The translations under genes and the position numbers were made by a program. DNA of 64,000 nucleotides from Epithemia pelagica (Eukaryota > Protista > Bacillariophyta). The stretch is taken from assembly GCA_946965045.2 (NCBI GenBank), contig OX337241.1, forward strand, positions 2,480,001 through 2,544,000, written 5' to 3'. Shown one piece after another: positions 36,280 to 46,419 of this stretch. Under the pieces are notes generated by a model that was given only the letters and a program-made list of their open reading frames with translations, had not been told where the DNA came from and ran no database searches. Position 1 is the stretch's first letter. Each line of letters opens with the position of its first letter.

Positions 36280-37040
36280 TGTTATGATTCTCACCTTTAA
36301 CTAGGTGGTGGTGGAATCTACAACACATCGACTGATGCTAGTATTTTATGGCATCCGATGACATTTGTGTAAAAGTGAGAAAAGAATGACGGCATGCTCG
36401 CGGACCTTTAATTTTGGCCAAGGCATGCTCGCAATGCACGCGCTATCGGCGACCGCTCGGATATTGACTATGGCCCATCACGTGCGCGCCCAATATTCTC
36501 AAGCGCGCGCAATCAAGATCCGAGTGAGCACCTCCACGACTTACCTCAACGACCTAAGAAATCAAAGCACGAATCACGATCACGCGAGACCATATTTCCA
36601 TTCCCACAATTCCAAGAATGCAATCAACAACGCGCCAAGAAAACTACCTATATCACAACAAAGCAAGAGCTGTTGGCATTGGTATATGATATAAAACCGC
36701 ATATACTTTCAATACAACAATGCAGGTCTACTCCAACCATTTGAGGACCTATCACACCAGATCCATGGCCGTATACAAGAGCCAGGACTTCGGCTTCATC
36801 AAACACCTTAGTTAGTAATCATCTCACAATCAATAATATCACCATTTTAACACTCATCTTAAGACTAACCTCTTATCAGTGGACCGACTGCCCCCACCCA
36901 CGGCCGACTTCGACTTGCAACTCTTCTCTGACCCGTGGAGGATTGTTGTATCGGTTGGTGATTCGATTGTCGGCTCAGCGAGCCTTTTACCTATCCCAAC
37001 TACCTATTACCCTTCTGAATTCTCAATGAGAGTTCTGCTA
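36280..37040 (+). repeat. 5' LTR
   Basis: Starts TGTTA, ends TTCTGCTA; matches 40940-41700. Confidence 0.97.
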
Positions 37041-37060
37041 GATTAACAGTCTCATCGCTC
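37041..37060 (+). other. Putative primer-binding site complementary to the anticodon-arm (5' half) region of tRNA-Asn
   Basis: GATTAACAGTCTCATCGCTC directly follows the 5' LTR. Its reverse complement GAGCGATGAGACTGTTAATC resembles the D-stem and GTT anticodon arm of tRNA-Asn. Confidence 0.55.
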
Positions 37061-37544
37061 ATTGCCCTGCAGTCGCATTGGAGATCATACTTACCCATCT
37101 ACATTGAGTACAGATTGAGCTACACCAACAAACAAGAGTTAGAGGACAAAGCTACCCAACCCAACAACAGGGCCAGCCTGGCTAAGGCTAGGGTCATCAA
37201 CCCTCTCCTATTCCAGGACCTCAAGCTGGACCAGGACTTCGTGCAACTACCTTCCCAATACTCACCTGACCAGTACTTTGCTGAGGACTACGAGCAAGAC
37301 GAGGAAGCTACCATTATTCCTGACTCCCTGGTTCAACTCGATCACCGCAACGAGTCCGGAAGTGACCAAGGATAAGTATCTTTAAGTAGTTTCCACAACA
37401 AACCAGAGACAAAACCGAGTTCCGCACATCCGGGTTCCCAGCACAACACACATCCGGGTACTGACATACGTGGCACACACGTGGTACATCCGGGTTCAGA
37501 TCACACCACACATTAAATAAACAACGAACCAACCATATACTACC

Positions 37545-40500
37545 ATGGATCCAACATACCCCAAGACACCTTCTCTTCCTTCTGACGACTCAGTACCGCC
37601 TGACATATCAGATACACAAGTGTTCAATCATATCACCCAGCATCTATTTGAATGTGATGAAGAACGAGCTCAAGCCCTTCATCAATGGATAAAACATAGT
37701 GGTTTCGAACACATTCTGAATGTCATCGACTATCTTGCAGTCAATCCAGAAAAGAATATCAAGGACCTTGGACAATACAAGTATGGGAACAAGACGATGG
37801 ATCTGAAGACATTTACAAGGCATCAACTGAAGATCCTAGCACATTGGTCACGAGAACAAACCTCAACCCTGCAGCAGTCTGATTTACCTCGCTCTACCTG
37901 GTTGAACCTCACCAAGGCCAATTATGATCATTGGAGAATCAATGCAGACTTCACCAAGCTCCGTCTGAACCAAGGTTGCATTTCGTCATTTCGTTTAGCA
38001 AAAAGAGAGGTGCTACGTCTTAACAACTACATCTCCAATCTTCGTCTCGATGATTCATGGCACGGCACAACCTATCAGTTTCTTCTCCACTTTCAACACC
38101 AATTCCATCTTCTCGACAATCTGGGATCAATGTTTGATCACATTCCTGGCCACTCCACTAGGATGACCTTCCTGATGAAAGCCGTTGAAAAGGTACCTGA
38201 TTTACGACAAGTCAACATCTTGTCTGGTGCAAAGACACTTTGTTATCAATCATATTTCCGTCTTCTCCTTGATGCCGCATATGATCATGACCAAGCAACT
38301 CGAGCACCAAAGTCTAACCGACTTAAGCATACCAAGCAATGCGACTTTCAATATGATCAAGATTTTCATATCAAAGATCTATCACCCAAAGAAAAACACC
38401 GCATGATTAAGAGAACTAACGTGAAGACCAAGGAATCATCTTCGCTTCGTCCAAAGATCAGTCTTCCAAGAGATCTGTGGAGTAAACTCAACGACAATAG
38501 TCGTCAAGTAATCATTGCGTACAACAAGTCTACCCAGAATCCGTCATCAACAACTGCATGCATGGAACAGACGCATACTCTTGACATTGATCCGGAACCT
38601 GATCCCGACCCTGGTCGTGCATGGATTGACGACATGATTCAAGATGATTCCCAAGACCATCAAGATAATTTCTTTGATCTGATTACCCGGTTGGTTCCAC
38701 AAGTTGTGACCAATATTGATGTCAATCATCCAACATCTGATCTTGCTAATTTGGTGTCCAATATCAAGGCAACATCCATCCCTAATGATTGTCTCGAGAA
38801 CAACAACTGTAAACAGAAAGTTGAGATATCTCGAAATCTGCTCTCTCGCATGTCTTCTTTCTCCGGTGACAATCAATTGACGGGCTATAATCATTGGTAT
38901 CTTGATCCCATGCAAGATACGGCACCTTCTTCAAGGACTGTTGAAAATGATGGCAACAATCCGCATGATGCTTTTGGGAAGTATACCAATCGTGTTGTCT
39001 GTAACCTCAACCTTCTCTTGGATTTACCTTACGATCATGGACCTGATACGCCTTCCTTCTTCACACCCCTGCTTGGAGAATACTGTTCCAAACCATACCT
39101 CCAAGATCAGAACATGGCTGAGAACCGTTATCAGACCGTTAAGAGGACAACATACGTCGTGACCGTTTTGGGCCATATCCCTCTTGAGATCCTCAATGGT
39201 CGCCCACCCGGCATTACCCACCCTCTTTTCTTCCTTATCTGGGACAAGGCCCCCTACTTTACCGAATCATATGCCCTCTCCCACCGTCCCTACCGTCCCT
39301 ACCCTCCCTCTTTTGTCACGACACTTGGCTACTGGCTTGTTTTTGCCCCTCCTATTGGTGATACTTTGTCTCTGGACACTCAACCCCTTTGTTACTCTGC
39401 CATTCTTCATGATGCACCCACGCCACCCAGCAACCTTTGTGTGGATACCTCTTCAGGGGAGGAATCGCTTCCAAGTGAACCCAACGGCAAGCAAGCTGAC
39501 ATTGTTCTCATTTCTAGCAAAGGTGAAGATCCATCCACGCAAATTCCAACGATCAAACATGATGACACTATTGGACAACCTTTCCTTGTTTATGATCCAG
39601 AGGAAAATGGGGAGCAACGACAACCGTATAATGGGGAGCAACCACAACCGTGTCTTATAAGATGCGTCATTGATTTAGAACAAGATGCTCTCAAGCAAGA
39701 AGACTGTATCAAGTACACTTTCTGCAAATCCATTTCCGACATTGACAAGATAATTTCATACCGTCAACATATGGAATACATCAAACAGGACAACCAAGCA
39801 CAGGAAACTGAAGATGACGTTTTTCAGTTCAGGGACGTTGTTGCAGATCAAGAACCGTCAAGTATTAGCAACAATCCTGACTACAAAAGAAGTCACTGTA
39901 ATATACTTGTTGATTGGGAGACTGGGGAGATGATCTATGAGCCTCCGTCACTCATGGTAAATGATGCCTATGCCAAGAAACATGACCTATTAAATGAACT
40001 TGGATGGAAACATCTCAAGCGTTTTGTCAAGACCAGTAAATGCCTTGTTCAAGCTGCCAAACAGCAGTCAAGAATCAAGCAAGTCTGTCGTTCCATCAAG
40101 TACAAGTTTGGTTATCAAATTTCAATGACAAATGAAGAATTAGTTGTTTTGTTAGACAAGCAACATGGTAAAAGAAAGTGGCACGACACTACTGAAGTTG
40201 AGCTCTTTCAGGCTTCACAGATCCAATCCCTCACAAAAGTCAAGGATTGCGTTCAAGCTCAGTTCAAGAGAAGGGAAATGATAAATGCATCACCAAAAGA
40301 GTATCACAAGAACAAGATTCGAATCCATCTTGTAAAACATGATGATAGTCGCCCAGCACTTCTCATCACAGACGAGGCTTTTACCAAAGAACCGGTTGAG
40401 GCAATCTTTCTGTGTACTACTTCCATTCACAACTTCCATACAACCACCTGTCTTGGGATTCTCAATGATATGGATATATGGGGAGCAAAAGTTGGAAATG

Positions 40501-40964
40501 CACACGACCTGGAAGCTTTATCTGGAGAGAAGATCTTGATAGTTGCAAGACAAGAACTCAAGGAATCAGGTCACATCTTGATTACGCACAAGGCCTCAAA
40601 GGGATTAAAATCTTCAGGAGCATGTCGGCGTGACTGTTTCTTTGACATCCCACTTGATATGGATTTGTCACCAACTAAAGCAGATCCCAATATTTGGATG
40701 AAGAAGGCACCTGGGGAGCATAGCTCAAAGGGCACCGACAAGACCTACCAACTGAAGAATGATGAACTGATTACTTATTGCCTGAGATATCTCTATGAGA
40801 GCGTCCGGGATACATTGTCAGTAAGCATTGGAAATTCTGGAAAGTATGGACCACGTTCAAGATCATATTCTTCTGGGGAGGAAACGTTCAGAGGCATGAC
40901 AAGGAAAATAACAATCCTCACTCGACGAATTGTGGGGAGTGTTAGGATTCTCACCTTTAACTAG
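37545..40964 (+). CDS. Degenerate gag-pol polyprotein (open 1139-aa frame, catalytic motifs lost)
   Basis: Gag-like N-terminus and eroded Copia RT motifs KIRIHLVKHD, WGAKVGNAHDLEA, KASKGLKSSGA and KADPNIWMK. No recognisable protease D(S/T)G, integrase HHCC/DDE, RT YVDD or RNase H. Confidence 0.8.
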   Translation: MDPTYPKTPSLPSDDSVPPDISDTQVFNHITQHLFECDEERAQALHQWIKHSGFEHILNVIDYLAVNPEKNIKDLGQYKYGNKTMDLKTFTRHQLKILAHWSREQTSTLQQSDLPRSTWLNLTKANYDHWRINADFTKLRLNQGCISSFRLAKREVLRLNNYISNLRLDDSWHGTTYQFLLHFQHQFHLLDNLGSMFDHIPGHSTRMTFLMKAVEKVPDLRQVNILSGAKTLCYQSYFRLLLDAAYDHDQATRAPKSNRLKHTKQCDFQYDQDFHIKDLSPKEKHRMIKRTNVKTKESSSLRPKISLPRDLWSKLNDNSRQVIIAYNKSTQNPSSTTACMEQTHTLDIDPEPDPDPGRAWIDDMIQDDSQDHQDNFFDLITRLVPQVVTNIDVNHPTSDLANLVSNIKATSIPNDCLENNNCKQKVEISRNLLSRMSSFSGDNQLTGYNHWYLDPMQDTAPSSRTVENDGNNPHDAFGKYTNRVVCNLNLLLDLPYDHGPDTPSFFTPLLGEYCSKPYLQDQNMAENRYQTVKRTTYVVTVLGHIPLEILNGRPPGITHPLFFLIWDKAPYFTESYALSHRPYRPYPPSFVTTLGYWLVFAPPIGDTLSLDTQPLCYSAILHDAPTPPSNLCVDTSSGEESLPSEPNGKQADIVLISSKGEDPSTQIPTIKHDDTIGQPFLVYDPEENGEQRQPYNGEQPQPCLIRCVIDLEQDALKQEDCIKYTFCKSISDIDKIISYRQHMEYIKQDNQAQETEDDVFQFRDVVADQEPSSISNNPDYKRSHCNILVDWETGEMIYEPPSLMVNDAYAKKHDLLNELGWKHLKRFVKTSKCLVQAAKQQSRIKQVCRSIKYKFGYQISMTNEELVVLLDKQHGKRKWHDTTEVELFQASQIQSLTKVKDCVQAQFKRREMINASPKEYHKNKIRIHLVKHDDSRPALLITDEAFTKEPVEAIFLCTTSIHNFHTTTCLGILNDMDIWGAKVGNAHDLEALSGEKILIVARQELKESGHILITHKASKGLKSSGACRRDCFFDIPLDMDLSPTKADPNIWMKKAPGEHSSKGTDKTYQLKNDELITYCLRYLYESVRDTLSVSIGNSGKYGPRSRSYSSGEETFRGMTRKITILTRRIVGSVRILTFN

Positions 40965-41700
40965 GTGGTGGTGGAATCTACAACACATCGACTGATGCTA
41001 GTATTTTATGGCATCCGATGACATTTGTGTAAAAGTGAGAAAAGAATGACGGCATGCTCGCGGACCTTTAATTTTGGCCAAGGCATGCTCGCAATGCACG
41101 CGCTATCGGCGACCGCTCGGATATTGACTATGGCCCATCACGTGCGCGCCCAATATTCTCAAGCGCGCGCAATCAAGATCCGAGTGAGCACCTCCACGAC
41201 TTACCTCAACGACCTAAGAAATCAAAGCACGAATCACGATCACGCGAGACCATATTTCCATTCCCACAATTCCAAGAATGCAATCAACAACGCGCCAAGA
41301 AAACTACCTATATCACAACAAAGCAAGAGCTGTTGGCATTGGTATATGATATAAAACCGCATATACTTTCAATACAACAATGCAGGTCTACTCCAACCAT
41401 TTGAGGACCTATCACACCAGATCCATGGCCGTATACAAGAGCCAGGACTTCGGCTTCATCAAACACCTTAGTTAGTAATCATCTCACAATCAATAATATC
41501 ACCATTTTAACACTCATCTTAAGACTAACCTCTTATCAGTGGACCGACTGCCCCCACCCACGGCCGACTTCGACTTGCAACTCTTCTCTGACCCGTGGAG
41601 GATTGTTGTATCGGTTGGTGATTCGATTGTCGGCTCAGCGAGCCTTTTACCTATCCCAACTACCTATTACCCTTCTGAATTCTCAATGAGAGTTCTGCTA
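40940..41700 (+). repeat. 3' LTR
   Basis: Matches 36280-37040; preceded by the PPT and followed by TSD ACGCT. Confidence 0.97.
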
Positions 41701-43316
41701 ACGCTTTCTTCTGAACCAACGATTGCTGGTTACCATTCGACTCGTTGGAAGGTTCATCAGACGACTTGGAATTATCAGGGGGTGGATGGTTTGGTGACTC
41801 GTCGGAGAGATCACCCTTGAGGACCTTGGCAAGAGCTTCGTTGGGAGGGGGGGGAACGCAATTTACCATCATTGCCAACAGAAAATTGAAACTGCTCGTA
41901 AGAAACAACGACTCGGAAAGAGAAATCAGACCAGCAAAAATCAACCCGTTGAGCACGGCAGTGTTTTTTGATAGGGCCGTCTTCGTCGTCGTCTGCTTGC
42001 CCATTGACCACGGTGATACAGTGATCGTGCTTAATGGGGAGACCTTCTTCACCATCCTTCAATGTGGGCTTACGCTCGGTCAATCCATAGGTAGAACCAA
42101 ATCCGAGTAAGCCACGGAGAAATTTTAATTCTTCTGGAGTCTTGAATCGGATAAGGGAGGAAGGGTACTCCATCCGAACTTTTTTACGAGTGAAGCTTGG
42201 ATCCACGTCTAAATAGGAAGCAGTGGCCATCGAGTTGTGAGTTTTGATGCCGTGGCGTCGACAAAGGTGGACTACATATGTCCAAGTCTCTGTAGGGATC
42301 AATCCAATGGTTTCCCCGGCTACTTCTCTTTCCTCGGCTTGACCAGAACACTTCTTAAGCAATTTGAAAATGGCCTTCCAGATCAGAAATAAACCTACGA
42401 AGGCAGACTGGTGGAAGCATCTTGGGGGGCAAATGGCGCCGTCGGATATGCGTCGTAGAAGGTGTTCGTTGGGGAAGCATAAGTGTAAATCGTGGTCGTC
42501 CAGTTGGACGAGCTTCTCGCGGCTTGATGGGTCTTCGAGATTCTGCAAGGTAACACGGAAACGAGCAATATATACATTGCTAAGGCCGTGTGTCCAGGCA
42601 TTCTTCGGTTTTTTGAACTCGGAGTAATTAAAAACGAATGCTGGGTGAAGAATGATCGAAGCACCATCAACTTTCTTCTGTACAAGCAACTTGGACTGGT
42701 AGAGTTCGATGTTTCTGCATCCTGTCGAAATCAGGATGCGTGGGAAATTGTGTTCCGGTATTTTAGGGAGAGGGGGCGTTGTAGTTGGATTCTTGGGGAA
42801 GAGAGGAGGGAATACAACGAACTTTAGACCTGTTTGTCCAATCCGAGAATGGATCCTTGCAATGGACGTGGTGTTCTTGTCGATTATGATCCGAACGAAA
42901 CTTCCCACACGAAGGTTGTCGTCAATCGCTTTCACGTAGAGGGGTGGTGAATTGATCTGCGGAGGGATGGATGGCATGGTGCTGTTGTCGTCTTGGGCAG
43001 TGAGAGGATGTTGGTCGAAGGATCAAGACAATGAAGGTCGTCTTTGAATGCCTAGACGCATTCTTGTCATTGACGACGTGCTGTATTGGCCTCGGTGGGT
43101 GAGTTCCGAGTTGGTTCATGGCTGAGAAAATGAGGCGAATCTGAATGATGATACGACAGAAAATCTACTTCCTAATTCATAAAAAGTTTGTCGTAGAAAA
43201 GTCTTGATTTTTATGATTATGGTCGCCGGCATGGTTTGTGAGAGTGGCAAGCGCGAGAAATTGGTGATTTGGCACGTGTACCCAGAAAGACGTTAACACC
43301 GTTAGCTGGTATTGTG

Positions 43317-46300
43317 TGGGATGTGGGAGTGGGACACGACAAACGACAACGACGGATGGTCGCACTGACTGTCACGTTCGTTGTCGGCGCGGTCATTTTG
43401 GCATCGCCGACGCATGTGCTTCATTCGGAGAGGAGTCCACGATAACGTCAGCCGTTGCCAGCATTTATGTCATGTCGGTCGTTTCAAATGTGTCCCCCAA
43501 GAATGCCAACACGTCTCGTGTCGTTTGTTAGAACAAGTCCCCCGAAACGATCGCCGGTCTACTACAAGCTGGCTCGAGACGCTACCTGCATGGCATAAAT
43601 AGTGTAAGAAAAACATACAATAAAGTAGGACAACACTTTAGCCAACAGTACCCTAGCGTTCTGGTTTGCCTTCCGGTTTTTCGGTTACGAGCTTGTCCTC
43701 ACATTTTGTCACGCATTTCATTCAAAAAGCAAATATCGATAACGATTAGTGACCGCTTCCCATGACGATGGCCGTCGTAGGCCGTTTGAGGCGGCACCAC
43801 CCCCCAGACTTTTAGTATAGGTGTAATATAACAATACCAGAACGGTGGTGCCGGCTCAAACGACCTGCATCTCGAGCTATACCAGTAGTTACTAGCTAGT
43901 AGTGCTTCACGATCATAAGATCGTGAAAACATGATTGGTTGCGGGGGAACCCAACAGACCATGAAACACAACGGCATTCCATGCCTCGAAGGTACGCTCC
44001 AACAAGGAATCTGCCCACAGAAAGCCAACCATTTTCACCAGTGGAACATGTCGTGGATGCCACCGGTATACGAGCGAATACCACCCACCTGGTTCTTGTT
44101 GTCGTTGTTTATTGTGTAGATGGAATTTGACACAATCGTAGACACGGGGAGAAGAAAACCAGTACACACTGGTGGTCATGCCACGCATAAACAGTGTTGC
44201 CAGTATCCCACACCCCACAAATTGGGAGAGGTGCTGTAGTGGTGGCAGGCCATTTGCAGCGGCAGCAGTAGCTGAGAGTTGAGTTGTTGTCATTGCCATC
44301 CAAAGACTATGAAATAACCCAGGAGCGACGCAAAGCCAATGTCATGAGTCGTCCAAAGCCAATGCCATGAGCCGTCCATTCCATCCGACACCACTTGCTC
44401 CACGGAACGTTGGTTGGTTGATGGATCGTATCTTCTGGTTCTTGTTCTTGTAGAGATGCAGCGTCCCAAAAAACTTCTTCTGCTTCTTCTTCTTCTTGTT
44501 GCTGCTGTTAGATTGTATGGTGCGAGGGAGAGGATACCATGTGACTGGGTGGTTTCGGGTGTTAGTTCTCCGTGCCACAAATGGTATCGTATGCATGCCT
44601 CGAGAAACGAGTTACTGCTCGTATTATTCGTACGGGTAGTGGTGATGCGATGAAAGACCTAGGTCCGATACAACTCTTGTCGTGTCGGAAGAACAAGAGG
44701 CCCTCCATAGATCCATTAAGGCATCATTTTCGACGTTGTATCGGGTTTTGCCATGGCCATGGTCGTCGTCTCCACAAAAGGAAGGGGGCCTATGTCGTGA
44801 CTATAAATTTTTGTGTAGGAATGCCACGTTAGCGTGTCAGTACAGTATTTTTACTCTAATAATCTCATGCAGGTTGCGTCTCGAGCCAGCTTGTATCATC
44901 TCTCCTTAGGCAATAGTCGGATTCGTCAATAGCCCTTGAAGCTCAACGGTCCACTGTTTAGAACGTTGTTCACAATTTTAATTTTGTTCTTGCAACGCTC
45001 CGACCCTCTACTATGAATGATGCATACCTCCCTCATCAATGCTTGCTTTCGATTGGGTCCTATCTTAAAGCACGACCGAGTCTTGTGTTGGAGGGAATGA
45101 CAAGAACCACCCAACACCGAAATAGGAGTAGCGAGCAGAATATCTACTAGTAGAAAGCAGAATCCCATTGCGCGCATCTCTCAAGATGAAAGAAACCACC
45201 ACCATGACGGCACCAAGGCCTTGGCAAGGAGGCCTTTTCGTATGGTCCTTGCTCCTTCTCCTTCCATGGAGTCATGCCGTAGATCCACAATCACATGGTC
45301 TCCCCCTTGTGGACGCAGTGCCGGATGAGGCAACAACTACCAACGACAAGGACATTAACAACAACAGACCACACCCACACACGAATGCCGTACAAGCCAC
45401 GGTGCGACGAATACTGAGTCGACAAAGACACTTACCGGGAGATAGTCAGAAAAAGACCAAGGAGATGAAAAACTATTACTATTACTACATGAACAACGGC
45501 AAGGGCAAGGGCAAGAGCAAGGGTGATGACGATGACGTAGACGATCATTACTTCGACTATCATAGCAAGGATTATGATGATTACTATCATCACAAACTGC
45601 AGGACGACGATGACGATTACTATCACCTGTACGATGATGATCATTACTACTATGATGATGATCATCATTACAAGTCCAGCTCTGGCAAGGGCAAAAAGAA
45701 AAAGATTAACTCCCCGTCTCTATTTTCATCCAAGGGAGGAGCTCCCGTGTACACTTGGAAGCCCACCATGCCTCCACTGGACATGAATTTCACAATGGAT
45801 GATGACATGACTGGCAATTTCACACACGATCCACCCCTTCCTGTCAGCAAGGGCAAGGGATTTTCCTCTGTGAGTTTTCAATTCACGGGGAAAATGGGCA
45901 AGAAGCAAAAAAAGCCATCGTCATCATCGTCAGGAGACAGTTCCAAGAAACACTTTCGAGATTACCATTTTGATTTGACCAAAGGCAAGGGAAAAGAAAA
46001 AGGCATGGGAATGGGAAAAGGAATGGGCATGGGCAAAGGAAAAGGCATGGGAAAAGGCAAAGGCAAGGGAGTGATTGTGACAGCCAAACCCTCCGTCTCT
46101 CCATTTTTTAATACTCCGGCTCCCAATGAAGACGCTCCTTCTCAGTCACCCACCAATTCGTCGGCACCTAGTTTCACACCGGCACCGTCCACGGAGGAAA
46201 CGCCCGAACCTTCGCCACCCCCACCGACCAGCCCACCTACGGCCAACCCCACCAGAACAACCGTTCCGACCAGCATACCCACGACCACCCAGCCTACGGC

Positions 46301-46419
46301 CTTTCCAACCTTTCCTTCCGCGACACTCACTCCGTCGCCCACGACCAGCCCACCTACGGGCAACCCATCCGGAACAATTGGTCCTTCCGCGACACTCACT
46401 CCGACTCCATCCAATACAG
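43317..46419 (+). repeat. Segmental duplication copy B
   Basis: Collinear with 28976-30726 apart from the 43563-44895 insertion and small indels. Confidence 0.95.
43563..44895. mobile_element. Non-autonomous TIR element (about 1.33 kb, TA target, Tc1/mariner-like ends)
   Basis: 30-bp TIRs including the flanking TA, 1 mismatch: tacaagctggctcgagacgctacctgcatg (43563-43592) and catgcaggttgcgtctcgagccagcttgta (44866-44895). The empty site ccggtcTAtcatc is present in copy A (about 29192-29205). Confidence 0.92.

Larger units (their letters stand above)
36280..41700 (+). mobile_element. Ty1/Copia (CoDi-like) LTR retrotransposon, non-autonomous and recently inserted
   Basis: 761-bp LTRs at 36280-37040 and 40940-41700 with one difference seen by eye (T36285 vs G40945). 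5-bp TSD ACGCT (36275-36279 and 41701-41705), PPT tgtggggag at 40931-40939, and Copia RT remnants. Confidence 0.97.
36039..42977 (-). pseudogene. Transposon ORF2 (about 500 aa, possible BAH-like N-terminal domain), split by the LTR element
   Basis: Frame runs 42977-41855, shifts by one base at the G8 run 41847-41854, and continues to 41701. After removing the LTR element and one ACGCT copy it reads straight on (VQKKA|CTKDTQSVPRLTIGQQFSDWDEQNVFEIV...GSFN*) to TGA at 36041-36039. Confidence 0.7.
30719..43316. mobile_element. Decayed DNA transposon with a RAG1/Transib-like transposase and a convergent second gene (about 7.2 kb without the nested LTR element)
   Basis: TIR core AGCTAACGGTGTTAAC at 30729-30744 and its complement at 43292-43307. 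The right terminus reads CACAATACCAGCTAACGG on the minus strand from 43316. It contains a transposase pseudogene (+) and ORF2 (-). Confidence 0.85.

Noticed and set aside
36365-36694. 109-aa ORF duplicated at 41025-41354
   Set aside because: It lies inside the LTRs, starts at GTG, has no recognisable motif, and the duplication simply reflects LTR identity.
37041-37075. tRNA gene
   Set aside because: Only an antisense match of about 20 nt to an anticodon arm, with no cloverleaf; interpreted as a PBS.
36039-42977. ORF2 as a true RAG2 homolog
   Set aside because: No kelch repeats or PHD Cys/His pattern are visible; only the gene arrangement is similar.
43270-43316. Full RSS (heptamer + 12/23 spacer + nonamer) at the transposon end
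   Set aside because: No ACAAAAACC-like nonamer lies at either spacing from CACAATA.
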